DNA of 63,210 nucleotides, filler included, from Craspedostauros australis (taxonomy: Eukaryota): NCBI GenBank assembly GCA_030167865.1. It is 13 parts of 13 records of this genome, joined end to end, with 100 filler letters (N's around TTAATTAATTAA, not from the genome) between each part and the next. Parts side by side here need not be neighbours in the genome. Positions count along the whole stretch, not along the records: positions 46,947 to 55,148 come from JALAGF010005561.1; positions 55,249 to 58,935 come from JALAGF010005562.1; positions 59,036 to 60,910 come from JALAGF010005563.1; 10 more parts are not named here. One strand, 5' to 3'. Under the pieces are notes generated by a model. The model worked only from the letters and a program-made list of their open reading frames with translations, had not been told where the DNA came from and searched no databases. Position 1 is the first letter of the stretch; each line of letters begins with the position of its first letter. The position numbers and the translations under genes are program-made. Below, in pieces: positions 48,217-59,310 of this stretch.

Positions 48217-49127
48217 GATGGGCGGTTTCGGGTTCTTGAGGGGTCTTCTGACTTCGAAGGGATCGATCTGTTCTGCGTTCTACTGCTCTAGCTTCGACTT
48301 CACTTCGTTTTGAAGTTGTGCACTGAAGTACGATGCTGGCTTTAGAGAAGGCAGGCGCTTGGTATACAGGCGCGGTTGAGCTTGCTTGAGCAGAGGCTAC
48401 TGGGATCCGATGTTATTGTCGGGTATCGTCAGTTTGGACTTTATAGTCCTCTCGAGATGCTCGGTTTTCGAGCTGTGGAGCTTAGTGTCCACCTTAGACC
48501 TGAGGGTCCGCTTGGTGTTGCTCGGTTTACGAGCTTGTGGATCTTGGTGTCCACTCTGGACCTGAGGGTCCTTGCAGTTTGCTCGGTTTGCGAGCGTAGC
48601 CTTGGGGCTTGGTCTCAAAGAGACCTTGCGAGCGGTTGGCAGAGGAAGATGCTCAGAAGAGTTGGTGAATGTTAGTGTAACCACTCGCAGCTACCAGTTG
48701 GATTTTCGTGTGCTGTTGTGACACGATCCGGAAAGGATGGCCTAGCTGACTGCCAGATTCAAAGAATCTGATGGTGAAGTCAACGTGTGGCGACCGTCTG
48801 GAGATTAGTAGTATGTGACAATGGAGTAGATTAGTGTTATTGTGCTGATCTTGAGTTGTGCTATTTGTTATTTGAATAGTCTGCATTGTGAGTTGATCAG
48901 TTTGAGATGCAGGATGAAGAAACGATAGTCAGTTTGAATAGTGCGGCTCTGCACTGACCTTCAGAGGTTCAGTGCTGAGGGCGGACGGGTCCTCTCTTTC
49001 TCTCTTTCTCCAGTATCTCATCGTAGTCGTTCTACATTCGAGTACTAAGCCTTGACACCTTGATTGATGTTGAGATCGAGAACACAGGTTGTCGGGTTGA
49101 GGGAATTGATGTTGGATTCCCTGCATG

Positions 49128-49446
49128 TGTTGAAGCAGGGAAGATCTCTTCACTGTTGTCATGCAGGGTTATCAGCTTGGTTAGCTGACAACGGAATTCA
49201 GGTTGGCTGCATTACAATAGTTCAGGAGAGCACATAGTTCCCAGGGTGTCTTGATCCCATTGATTCGGATAGTATTTGAGTCAGTGGTGATTCATGGTTG
49301 AGTGTGGGAGAAGGAGGGAAAGGAGTGATTGTTCTGTATTTGTTGGTGGGAGGTTTCGCGCCAAAATTTCGCGCCAAAATAATTTCATGGTGCGACAAGG
49401 AACACACTGAGTAAAAAGTAGTCCGTTCTTTAGATGAACTTCAACT
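49128..49446 (-). mobile_element. Candidate 5' LTR (319 bp) for the 48216 Gag
   Basis: Inverted ends TGTTGAAG / CTTCAACT (one terminal mismatch), ~910 bp upstream of the Gag ATG. No partner LTR. Confidence 0.45.
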
Positions 49447-50034
49447 ATGCTCTATCAATGGGCTTTGCCCTGGTCCTGTCCCAACAATGCCAGCTAGGAT
49501 GTTGTGGTCCATTTCCATCACCATTGCTTCGTATTGTATGATCTCGTAGTGTTCCATTGTCAGGAGATCCTTGTGGAGAGTGGTAGAGGCGCCACGTCCC
49601 ACTCCTGACGAGGGCACGCTCTGGAGAGATGCATACGCTTGGAGTGCCAGAGGAAGAGACAGTAGGTGCGTCAGTACATGCTCTTACAGCTGCAGAGTTG
49701 AGCATCGTGGAGTCGATTGTTTTGGTACTGTTGACTGGCTACTCGTGTTGAAATGTAACACTCTGGGCATATATGGTGATTTTACAGATTATATGTATGC
49801 TATTGTGTTTCTGCATATGCCTGTTGGGACAAGAGAGCGCTGGTCAAGATTGATCTGTCAGGCAGTATGCGGGTGGACGGCGAGATCCCTTGGATACTTC
49901 CGGTGCGTTGGAGACCCAATGAAGAGGGTGATTTTGTTGTTATCCATAAGGCAGCTGGCCCAAACCCTTCAAGACCTGGATTTGGTGTGGAACCGGAGGA
50001 GGGATGGGTTCGTGCTCCTGCTCTCACAGGCCGC

Positions 50035-53000
50035 TTAGGTGCAGGTGGCTGGGCAAGAGCTGCCGGAGGCAATGGTCAAGACGGCAGTTACAGGCGCGCA
50101 GGAGTCACCTGCACCAATACCGTTTTTGCATCGGTTGCATTTCATGCCACCCTCGATGGGGAGATCGTTGCACACGCCGTCGGAGAGGGTGATGTCCGCG
50201 TTAAAGTCGAAGTCGTAGCCCAAGTGTAGGCATGATTCCGCCGGCACGCAAGAACCATCACCGATAGTTGTGTCTCCCTCGAACTGGTTGAAGTTGTCAC
50301 AGTTGACGTAGTGAGAGTTTATGTGCTTGCACGAAGCGGCACCGACACAGGACCCGGCTCCCACAATAGTGTTGGACACGCGCTTGTTTTCAATACCGCC
50401 GCTGCCATTCGTCGGTCCTACGGTCGCGTAATCTTCTGGTCCAGCACCCATGTCAAGGCAGGCATATGATGCAGCGCATGATCCTGCGCCAATAATGGCG
50501 TCGCCGTTGGACTGTTGCGCGAAGGAGAAGCATGACTTGTATCCAATGCACGATCCTGGCCCAATGATGGAGGCCTTGTCACTTCCAGAGTTGAAGTTGA
50601 AGTAGGAGCAAGGGGAAGGTCCAAGGTCGCAGGATTCCTGGAAGATCATGGACTGAGTCTCGATGCTTTTGCAGGCCTTGATCCCAATGCAACTGTTGGA
50701 TGCGATAGACGCGATGCCGATCCAGGAGCAGGCCATGGTTCCGACGCAGCATGTGCGTCCTGCCATACCACACCAGGCAATAGCATCATCAGCGGTTCCC
50801 GTGAACATCTCACCGGCGGCGGCGACGGCCGCGCTGAAGACCTCGAGGACACCGGTCTTTTCGCTGATGGTATTGAAGAGAGCGACGCCGTCAGCAATGG
50901 TTGCCTGGTTTTCGAAGATGGCAAGGAGATCTGCTTCGTTTTGGATAGCGGAGAGAAGGGACATTCCCGCGGATGTGCTTGGTGTTCCGAGGGCAGACAG
51001 TAATGTCTGGGGAGTTGGGGCTGCTGTTGGAGCTGTGGGTGCTGATGTTGGAGCCGAGGTCGGAGCCAAAGTCGGTGCCGAAGTCGGCAAAGCAGTTGGA
51101 GTAGTGGGGGCTGATGTGGGAGGTGACGTGACAGGTGTTGGGAGAGGCGTGGGGGAAAAGGTCGGAGAGTCTGTGGGCAAGGCGTCCTTGCCAATGCAGT
51201 ACTCATCTACCTTGTCACCAGTAGGATTGCCACCGGAGCTGATGCCTCCCTTTGGACAGGCCCCATCGACATCGCTGATGATGTAGACTTCGTCGGAGCC
51301 GCACTCCGTCTTCGTCATGCATCCCCTGCAGCCTTTGACACTGCCGCATCCACCAGGAGGGACGACGAGGTCGGTTGTCATCCTGTCATTGAAGCTCATC
51401 TTCTCGCATGACCCATCGGCGGCACAGCCACCAGCACCAATGGTCAGGCTGCCTGCACGCTTGCCAGCAGTACCATGGTTGACAGTGGAATGGGCATCCT
51501 TGCAGGCATTGCTGCCGACACACGCATTCTTACCGATGTCGATGTGGCTGCGGTTGTTGGAGAGGGCCTTCTGCACGACACGGCGTCCAGCTGCCTTGCA
51601 TGCGTCTGTCCCAACGCATGCACCGGTCTGGATGGTGACATCACCATGAGAACGACGTCCCACTCCCTCACAAGATTGAGGGGTGGTGCATGCCATCTCA
51701 CCGACGAAGGTGACTCCTGTGATGGANGGGTTGATTTCATTTTCGTTCATCAACTCGCATGCACTCGCGCCAGTGCAGGAGGAATCGAGGATGAGGGGAT
51801 TGGGACCCATATCCTTGCAAGCGCTGTCGCCGGTGCATGCCGTGATCGCGATGGTCATGAATGGAGGAGAGTTGGAGGCAGAACCGGTGACTGAAGTGCA
51901 TCCCGAGGATCCTTGGCAGCATGGGTCTGCGACGGCAGGCGATTGCATCGCAGCGATGTCCGTGCATGCTGTGCTCATTTCATCTGGTCGTTCGGTGACN
52001 NNNNNNNNNNNNNNNNNAGCGACCAGGGCCAATTGGCCAGAAAGGATATCGCTGGATGCGTACTTGTTGAAGAGCTTGCGTGCAGCTCCTTCGCCGAGGT
52101 CTCCTGCGCATCCGAAGAAGTTCTGCAGCTGCTCGGATTCCTTGACGGCGGTGATGGCTTCGCGGCAGGATGGCTTGGCAGAGTTACAAATGATGGTTTT
52201 GGCGCTTCTCTCTTCCATTGTGAGATCGGTAGCGCCATCCGGCTTGCAGGCAACGGAGATGGTGGAATCAAAGACGGTTGGGGCAGCTGATGGTTTGGCA
52301 GTTGGTAGGAGCGTGGGCTGGGAGGTCGGCGACGCGGTTGGCGGGGTCGTTTCTNNNNNNNNNNNNNNNNNNNNNNNNNNNNNNNNNNNNNNNNNNNNNN
52401 NNNNGCAGCATGGGTCTGCGACGGCAGGCGATTGCATCGCAGCGATGTCCGTGCATGCTGTGCTCATTTCATCTGGTCGTTCGGTGACCAGGACTGGCTT
52501 GGTGGCAGCGACCAGGGCCAATTGGCCAGAAAGGATATCGCTGGATGCGTACTTGTTGAAGAGCTTGCGTGCAGCTCCTTCGCCGAGGTCTCCTGCGCAT
52601 CCGAAGAAGTTCTGCAGCTGCTCGGATTCCTTGACGGCGGTNNNNNNNNNNNNNNNNNNNNNNNNNNNNNNNNNNNNNNNNNNNNNNNNNNNNNNNNNNN
52701 NNNNNNNNNNNNNNNNNNNNNNNNNNNNNNNNNNNNNNNNNNNNNNNNNNNNNNNNNNNAAGACGGTTGGGGCAGCTGATGGTTTGGCAGTTGGTAGGAG
52801 CGTGGGCTGGGAGGTCGGCGACGCGGTTGGCGGGGTCGTTTCTGGATCAGTTGGGTTTTCAGTGGGTGGCACTTGGTTGATCTTGTTGCTCTTGTTGGTG
52901 TCACCGCCGGCGCCCTTGAGGATGCGGGTCTTCATCATCATCATGTGGAGTTCCTCGGTTGGATCCACGGGAGTCCTGTTGCCGCGGAGCACGGCGTCGA

Positions 53001-53058
53001 CCGTCGCCGTGTCGGCGAGAGCGAGAAAGGTCGCGAAGGCTGTCTTGGTGTAGATCAT
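50035..53058 (-). CDS. Secreted Cys-rich repeat protein with Pro/Thr linkers (cell-surface or extracellular), about 844 aa after removing an assembly duplication
   Basis: Signal-peptide-like MIYTKTAFATFLALADTATVDA, then LRG and RIL motifs, PTxxPT linkers and repeated [IV]GxxSCxGxxxC units. A segment is repeated with a 489-bp offset across the N50 gap at 52355-52404. Confidence 0.85.
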   Translation of the reverse strand: MIYTKTAFATFLALADTATVDAVLRGNRTPVDPTEELHMMMMKTRILKGAGGDTNKSNKINQVPPTENPTDPETTPPTASPTSQPTLLPTAKPSAAPTVXXXXXXXXXXXXXXXXXXXXXXXXXXXXXXXXXXXXXXXXTAVKESEQLQNFFGCAGDLGEGAARKLFNKYASSDILSGQLALVAATKPVLVTERPDEMSTACTDIAAMQSPAVADPCCXXXXXXXXXXXXXXXXXETTPPTASPTSQPTLLPTAKPSAAPTVFDSTISVACKPDGATDLTMEERSAKTIICNSAKPSCREAITAVKESEQLQNFFGCAGDLGEGAARKLFNKYASSDILSGQLALVAXXXXXXVTERPDEMSTACTDIAAMQSPAVADPCCQGSSGCTSVTGSASNSPPFMTIAITACTGDSACKDMGPNPLILDSSCTGASACELMNENEINXSITGVTFVGEMACTTPQSCEGVGRRSHGDVTIQTGACVGTDACKAAGRRVVQKALSNNRSHIDIGKNACVGSNACKDAHSTVNHGTAGKRAGSLTIGAGGCAADGSCEKMSFNDRMTTDLVVPPGGCGSVKGCRGCMTKTECGSDEVYIISDVDGACPKGGISSGGNPTGDKVDEYCIGKDALPTDSPTFSPTPLPTPVTSPPTSAPTTPTALPTSAPTLAPTSAPTSAPTAPTAAPTPQTLLSALGTPSTSAGMSLLSAIQNEADLLAIFENQATIADGVALFNTISEKTGVLEVFSAAVAAAGEMFTGTADDAIAWCGMAGRTCCVGTMACSWIGIASIASNSCIGIKACKSIETQSMIFQESCDLGPSPCSYFNFNSGSDKASIIGPGSCIGYKSCFSFAQQSNGDAIIGAGSCAASYACLDMGAGPEDYATVGPTNGSGGIENKRVSNTIVGAGSCVGAASCKHINSHYVNCDNFNQFEGDTTIGDGSCVPAESCLHLGYDFDFNADITLSDGVCNDLPIEGGMKCNRCKNGIGAGDSCAPVTAVLTIASGSSCPATCT

Positions 53059-55148
53059 GGTTGCTCGGTACTTGGTGGTTGGTGATTGATCGTTCAGGGT
53101 TGATAGTTGTTTGTTTGGTGTTCTTGGTTGACAACTTGGATGGATTTATGAGATGAAGAGTTTGATTTGTTGGTTGTTCGAACCATTTTGCTTGCGTCTT
53201 CGATGTTGTGCATGAGGCAACATGGTACGAGAATGGCATGATGTCGAGGAGGCCAAAGCTCCTTCACAACCTGGAACCTCCACAACCAGTGGGATCACTG
53301 TTGGATAGAAAAGACTCAGCGGATCGATGCCGACGCCCAACATTTATGGTGCAGCATGACCCTCCCCAACGTCCATCATCCATTGGGCCTGAACTATATT
53401 GCGTCCGAGCAAAGCGCATGCGAGTATGATACGACTAGGACAAGCAGACAGGGAACCTTCACAACCTGGAACCTTCACATGTCATCATCTGTCATTCTTC
53501 TTGATCCACTGTTCTCGTCTGTACCAGGCAGGGCTTTGTCGCGGTCTGATTTCCACAAGCGCACACAATGTGTTTTGGCACGCAGCACGCAACACACAAC
53601 ATGTAACCACCACAACTCATTCGGTAAAACAACACTCTTGGAGCAGAGCAGCGGAAAATACATCAACATCTTGATCGCTTCAACGCAATAACGCAAGCAA
53701 TGAATCGGTATCTGGGTTTGCACCTTCCCAATAATAAACGAGAGAGAAAAGACTCGCCAACTGTTGTGGAAGGGTCTTTTGTGATCGTCACCTCTGTGAT
53801 GCAAACATTGTTAGACAATAGAAACTTGTAGGGAACGAGAGCTGGTTGTGCTTTGAGGATCAAACACCCTTTCGAATTTTGGTTGAGCACATGTGGGTGG
53901 GAGGGGTTTGGTCTTTAAATATGTATCCTGGAGTAGAGTATCGCTTCTTGTTTACGACTTGATATCCCTATTGAATTTTGTTTCACGGTGTTCTTCGTAC
54001 AAGTGCCATCAAAGCAAGTCGTGGGGTCAGAGAGGGCCAATGCTTCCTCCCGAGGAAGACCTTCCGAACAAGGAAGGTTTCGACCTCTCAGGGTGGTCCA
54101 AAGCAGTAAAGACACATCCAAACATAAAGCGGAGACCACACTGCGTGAAAACAACACGGTATTTTCGATACGTCAAAATTGGAGCATGTGCACTCCACTT
54201 GTGCACCTCGCTTGGCTAATCTCATGTCTCTCCTTCCACACTACCAACTGTTGTGTTATGCAATCAATACGGTTGAGCAATTGCCATTGCCACCTCTCTG
54301 TGGTTTCTTCTTGCGTCGACACAAAATTGCACCCAAGCCAACACACGCGCGGCTCAGCGCGCCGCCGATAGTTCCTGGCTAAATGACTGTTGAGAGGAAA
54401 TGTGCGATCGACGGATTGACATATCACATGCGACAGTCCGAACCTCAGGACTTGTCTCTTGAATGTCACAACGATGACGATAAGGAGAAGAAGGGAAAAC
54501 GGCGTTTTTTGTAAATGCGACTTAGAAAGAATAGAAAGTGGGTCCATTGTTGCTATTTTCCATATTTTCCTGCAGTTCGTTGGAATCAGCCATTTCGCAG
54601 GTTCTGCTGTAGCTTTCCTCGTGTATTTGCGACTTCCCTTCGACTCGGGACAACCAGTCCATCATCCATTGCGACTTCGTCCTTGGCTCGCATCCGCACT
54701 TCACGACGGTCCTCCCTGTAGCAACTAATAATACTCCAGCCTACCATACTGACAATGCAAGTTGCTTCTCTCTTCCTCCCCATGCATGCTGTGTACAGTT
54801 CTTTTTCTGTTGTTGTTGTACCATATAGACTATAATCCATAACCATGTGCTGCAGCTGCTTTCGAACCGCCTCGTTTATTCCACATAAGTCATTTAGTGT
54901 GAACGGATAACGTTGGCAGGTCTTGCCTTGCCGTGCGGTTGCATACAATTGTGTATGCCAGTGCATATACAATGTACACGCAGGAGACACGCGTGGCGGC
55001 GCCAGCTGCCCTTGCAGTGACTCCTGCGAGGCGTGCTGGGCGTGTGGTCACGCTGGAGGATGTCGGGTGCAGATGGTGCATGGTGCAGCTATGCTGGATG
55101 CTCTGGAGAAACTGTGGCCTCCGTATGCGGCTTGCCATGTGACACAGC

Positions 55149-55248
55149 NNNNNNNNNNNNNNNNNNNNNNNNNNNNNNNNNNNNNNNNNNNNTTAATTAA
55201 TTAANNNNNNNNNNNNNNNNNNNNNNNNNNNNNNNNNNNNNNNNNNNN
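55149..55248. other. Artificial scaffold spacer
   Basis: N44-TTAATTAATTAA-N44. Confidence 0.97.
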
Positions 55249-56116
55249 GCGAAATTGTGACGTTTGATCTGGGGACTGCGACGGCCCCAAATCAAGCACA
55301 CTCGCGGCCCCCTCTCGTCCACCCACCAACGGTTGCATTGCGGTGACGGTGATGCGATTGGATTTGTCATTGGACTGCTGGTTGGTGCGGCGCATTGATT
55401 GCCGTTGGACGGCCATTGTGGCGTTTTTTGGTGTTTTGCCATTGTCATGTTGTTGGTTTTTGGAGTTTGGCACTCTCAACCAGTCGGACATACTGGGGGA
55501 TAAGGTAATTGCAAACACCTAACCAAATGCACGAAAGAAGCATGACACAAAACACTTCCGGAGTACCAACGCAACTTGACCATTCTGTCACGACGAAACG
55601 GCGCTGATGCCGCTTCACATCGTGCTATGATTGGTGGTTCATGACGCAGCAGCCAGTCTGGTGACGTAGATGACGGATCAGACAAGCACAGGGTAGAATG
55701 GATGCAAATGCGCACTCGCCGCNNNNNNNNNNNNNNNNNNNNNNNNNNNNNNNNNNNNNNNNNNNNNNNNNNAACTAGCGCTATCGTGGACGGGGTGTTG
55801 GATGGTCTGATCGGGACACCTGAAAAAGAGACTAAACAATTCAAAATGGGAACAACGTCGCTGAAACGAAGAACAGCAAAGGGTTAAGTTGGATCGATGT
55901 AGTCGTAGGCGAAAGGCTGAAACCCGAGAGAGATCGAAAATTGCCCATATCCATCGGTCCGTAAAACTTAAAATAGGATCTAACTNAAAAATNNANNGGT
56001 TAATTATTTGTATTAGACCTACAGGGATTACGAATATGTGCTTGGTTGGGATATCCAAGCTAAAATTTCTGGAGGCCAATAACGGAGTGCAGGTCGACTC
56101 ACTGATCGGGCTCTTA
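55249..56116 (-). repeat. Diverged second copy of the 45484-46690 repeat
   Basis: Block-wise reverse-complement homology, ending at the TA in the centre of GGGCTCTTAAGAGCCC. Confidence 0.8.
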
Positions 56117-56719
56117 AGAGCCCATTCAGTCACAAACCAACGAGTCGCGGGGGGAGACATTTTTTGGCCAGTTGGTCCGTCCTTCCGAGGCTCTCGNNNN
56201 NNNNNNNNNNNNNNNNNNNNNNNNNNNNNNNNNNNNNNNNNNNNNNNNNNNTTTTGACGAGAACCGTCAATCTTCCGTCAATGCCGGTTCAACAAAAACG
56301 GGTTGCAGCAAGACTTCGTGTTGAGGGTCCACACATCATTTCCACCCAATTTGGGCCATGTTTTTGTTGTTCTCGTTCGGCACGTCACGGAGTTGTGTTG
56401 TGCAAGCAGGCATGCTCGTTTTTGCGAGAACCATCACCATCGCCCGTAGATTTAGTACTGGATGTTTTTTATCACACATCCGAGCCGTCGCTGCCTGAAC
56501 CTTCGCGATTGCTGGTGGTCGTGTTGACGGACAGACATATATTTTGCGCTTTTTACTGTTGTCGGTGCGAAAGAGTCGTTTTTGCTTCGGGTGTTTTTTT
56601 CAGTCGGGTGATCATGGTGGCCGACAGAGGAGTTTTGCACAACAAAGTCGCCAACGCAGTAAACCAGCCAAACAAAGTGCCGAAGCGCACACTAATTCGA
56701 TTTGTAAGTGGTATAGTTT

Positions 56720-57672
56720 GCAGTGAAAGCTGGCACGCCCCTTCATCTTGAGGATGACTCCCGTCGAACAGAGCAGTGACGAAAGTGGCGAGTGCTGGTC
56801 TTGCCAGTTCTTTTGTGAGCATATCTGCGAAGTTTTGTGCTGGCGGAACGTATACCGGCACTTGCATACCAGCTCACACAGATTCGCGGACTTTGCGAAA
56901 TGATATCGCTGCATGCTTCTTTTGTAGCAGGTTCTCTGTGATCATCATGTTCGAGATCGCAGCATTGTTGTCACATGATGTGATTACTGGCAACTTGACT
57001 TGCACCCTCAGCAATTGGAGTGCACATTGTAGCACAATGATCTCTTCTGCCACAGATCCCATGACATTGAATTCAGCACCGTATGTTGAAGTTGCGGCTG
57101 ATGATTGCCTCTTGCTTGAGAAGTATACTGGTGTTCTTCCAAGGCATAGAATGATGCCAGCATTGGATCTTCATGTGACTCAATCATGTGCATGATCGCC
57201 ATTGACGAATGCATACATTGGCAGTTGTAGGTAGATNNNNNNNNNNNNNNNNNNNNNNNNNNNNNNNNNNNNNNNNNGGTATTCCTCCTTCATCTGCGAG
57301 GCCATTTCTGGATTGGATGGTGTTGCATTGAAGTTGTCAAATATCATTGGGCGAGAGTCAATCTGTGTTTGCAATGTGGACTTGTGCTCCAGATATCCCC
57401 ATACTTTGATGGCTCTCTCAAGGTGTCCTTTGCGAGATGATGCAGTGAAACGTGAAAGTGAAGAAGTTGCAAATGCAAAATCAAAACGTCCAAGTTGAAC
57501 AACTCAGTTCATCATCCCAATGAGCTGCTGGAACTAGTGTTGTTAGTCAGGTGTTAGTAATTTGGAGTCATCCGTTTCCAGATGATTCTTGTTCTGCATG
57601 GGACCATGTTGGTTGTGTATTGATCCCTGTTGCTGTTCCAACTTGTCCAATGCATTTGCAATGTATTTGCTG
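56720..57672 (-). pseudogene. Heavily decayed Copia RT C-terminus and RNase H, related to the 22944-28785 element, with PPT and first bases of the 3' LTR
   Basis: KYIANALDK, QLGRFDFAFATSSLSRF, KGHLERAIKVWGY, STYGAEF, NFADMLTKEL, then GAAGGGGCG|TGCCAGCTTTC (compare AAGGGGCG|TGACAGCTTTC at 28623). Many stops. Confidence 0.9.
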
Positions 57673-58098
57673 CAGGCAGTCTTGCAGCAGATACTGTGAT
57701 AACGCCTGATCCACAGCCACTGTTGGACCTCAAGAAGCCAATCGGCCACATGAATGATGTCATTCTGCTTCCGCTGATGCTGCACAAGAGTACCAGCATG
57801 CACCCTGCGGCATTGGCTGCAGTGGGTCGCCATCAGTGTGTCCACATGGCATGTCATGATGCTCAAAATATCAAGCCATCCCAACAATANGGCGTTTGAC
57901 ATCGACATGTTGTCATCTGGCAACAATCCACATGCTGACATCACCTGGAACAGCATGAACGACCAAGAGCAGCTACATGTCTTCAACATCGCCCCTGGAC
58001 ATCGTGCTCGTCGCATTCCGTAGTGGCGATCCAGACTGCGGCATTCATATCTCACGGATAACAGCGAACATGAGGTGTGGACCCTGGGCAATGTGGCA

Positions 58099-58935
58099 TA
58101 TTGGCAAGTTCCGCTCACGGATACTCTTGCGACTGTTGACGGTGGTGGTGGTGGTTGTTACTATTTCGTTTGCTATTTCATTGCGTTGTTCCGGTGCCTC
58201 TCGGAGTCTCCCAATACTCTTGGTGTCTCTCAACTATCGTCCGACTATGAGTTGGCATGTGAGATGCTCTCTTGCTATTTCTTGTATTCTCTCGCTCTTT
58301 CTCTCTCTCTCTCTCTCGTGTGTTGGTACTGCACGATAATCAGTGTTAGATACATACTCTGTATTCGATACATACTCCATCATTTCATCCTCTACTGGTG
58401 CACTACTCTGTGAGTATTCGCCAATGTCTCATCTGAACTCCTCCTTGCATATCCACAATCTTGATGTCACTTGGTCATTGAATCTTCGCCTTCTTGATCT
58501 GATGTGGAGACAGATGTTGATGTGGTGACATGATGACATCCTGTTGATGTCAGCTGTTGTCTTCCATGATCCTTCAGATTCCATATTCCATCGATGATGC
58601 AGTGGTATGGCAAGGATATCATCATTTGAGGTTTAGTTATGAAATACATCGATCCTTGCTCGATGTCATGCATTTCTGTCAGTTGATGGACAGACTGCAT
58701 TCCTGATGCTCTCAGAAATGATTGTTCACAAATGTCCTTCCGAAATTCTGATTTTTTGTGTGTGCCCGATTTTGTGATGTGGTTTCGATCAACCACAGAT
58801 CAATCACAGATCACTCACAGATTGCTCACAGATCAATCACAGATCACTCATGACACAAATGTTTGCGCCGCTTGTGCGTAGAGCATAAGAGAACAATGGG
58901 TGAGCGATGCACATACACATATGTACATTCCAACA
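58099..58935 (+). mobile_element. LTR-like sequence distantly related to 85-651
   Basis: Colinear short matches to the first scaffold (TTGG.A.G.TCCGC.CACGGA, AGATGCTCTCTTG, TACACAT...ACATTCC.ACA). Cut by the scaffold end. Confidence 0.4.
58794..58848. repeat. 11-bp tandem repeat x5 (CACAGATCAAT / CACAGATCACT / CACAGATTGCT)
   Basis: Directly visible. Confidence 0.9.
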
Positions 58936-59035
58936 NNNNNNNNNNNNNNNNNNNNNNNNNNNNNNNNNNNNNNNNNNNNTTAATTAATTAANNNNNNNNN
59001 NNNNNNNNNNNNNNNNNNNNNNNNNNNNNNNNNNN
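58936..59035. other. Artificial scaffold spacer
   Basis: N44-TTAATTAATTAA-N44. Confidence 0.97.
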
Positions 59036-59310
59036 CAACGACACCGAGCCCCAAGGCTCCAAGCCTCTCAGGAAAAACGATCCTGATAAGCAACCGATGA
59101 AGTTAGCCCGAAGGCAACTTATCAAACCAAGCCCTTGCTAAGCAAGCGCACCCCAACAACACCTGCAAGACCAGGTGTCCGTCTCCAGAGCACCCCTGCC
59201 AATACCTCCGTGCACACCTTCGTCAACGAAGGGAGGAAGAGCAGCGACGCCCGAGACAACAGTCGACACCAAGCGAAGCCCAACGACTTCGACACCTCCA
59301 CCGCCTCACC

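Noticed and set aside
51916..52843. Apparent internal domain duplication in the secreted protein
   Set aside because: Copies look identical and are separated by a 50-N gap, the same pattern as at 1037, 6350, 8213, 22155, 29762, 36409, 37795, 39910, 42132, 45877, 59983 and 62076. Most likely unmerged overlaps or haplotypes.
50663..53053. Long plus-strand ORFs opposite the secreted protein
   Set aside because: Antisense mirror frames with no independent motifs.
53300..55148. Short ORFs upstream of the secreted gene
   Set aside because: No coding signal or motif recognised; treated as intergenic.
58321..58935. TGTTGG...CCAACA as a complete 615-bp LTR
   Set aside because: The right end coincides with the scaffold end and aligns with an internal position (~651) of the first LTR-like sequence.
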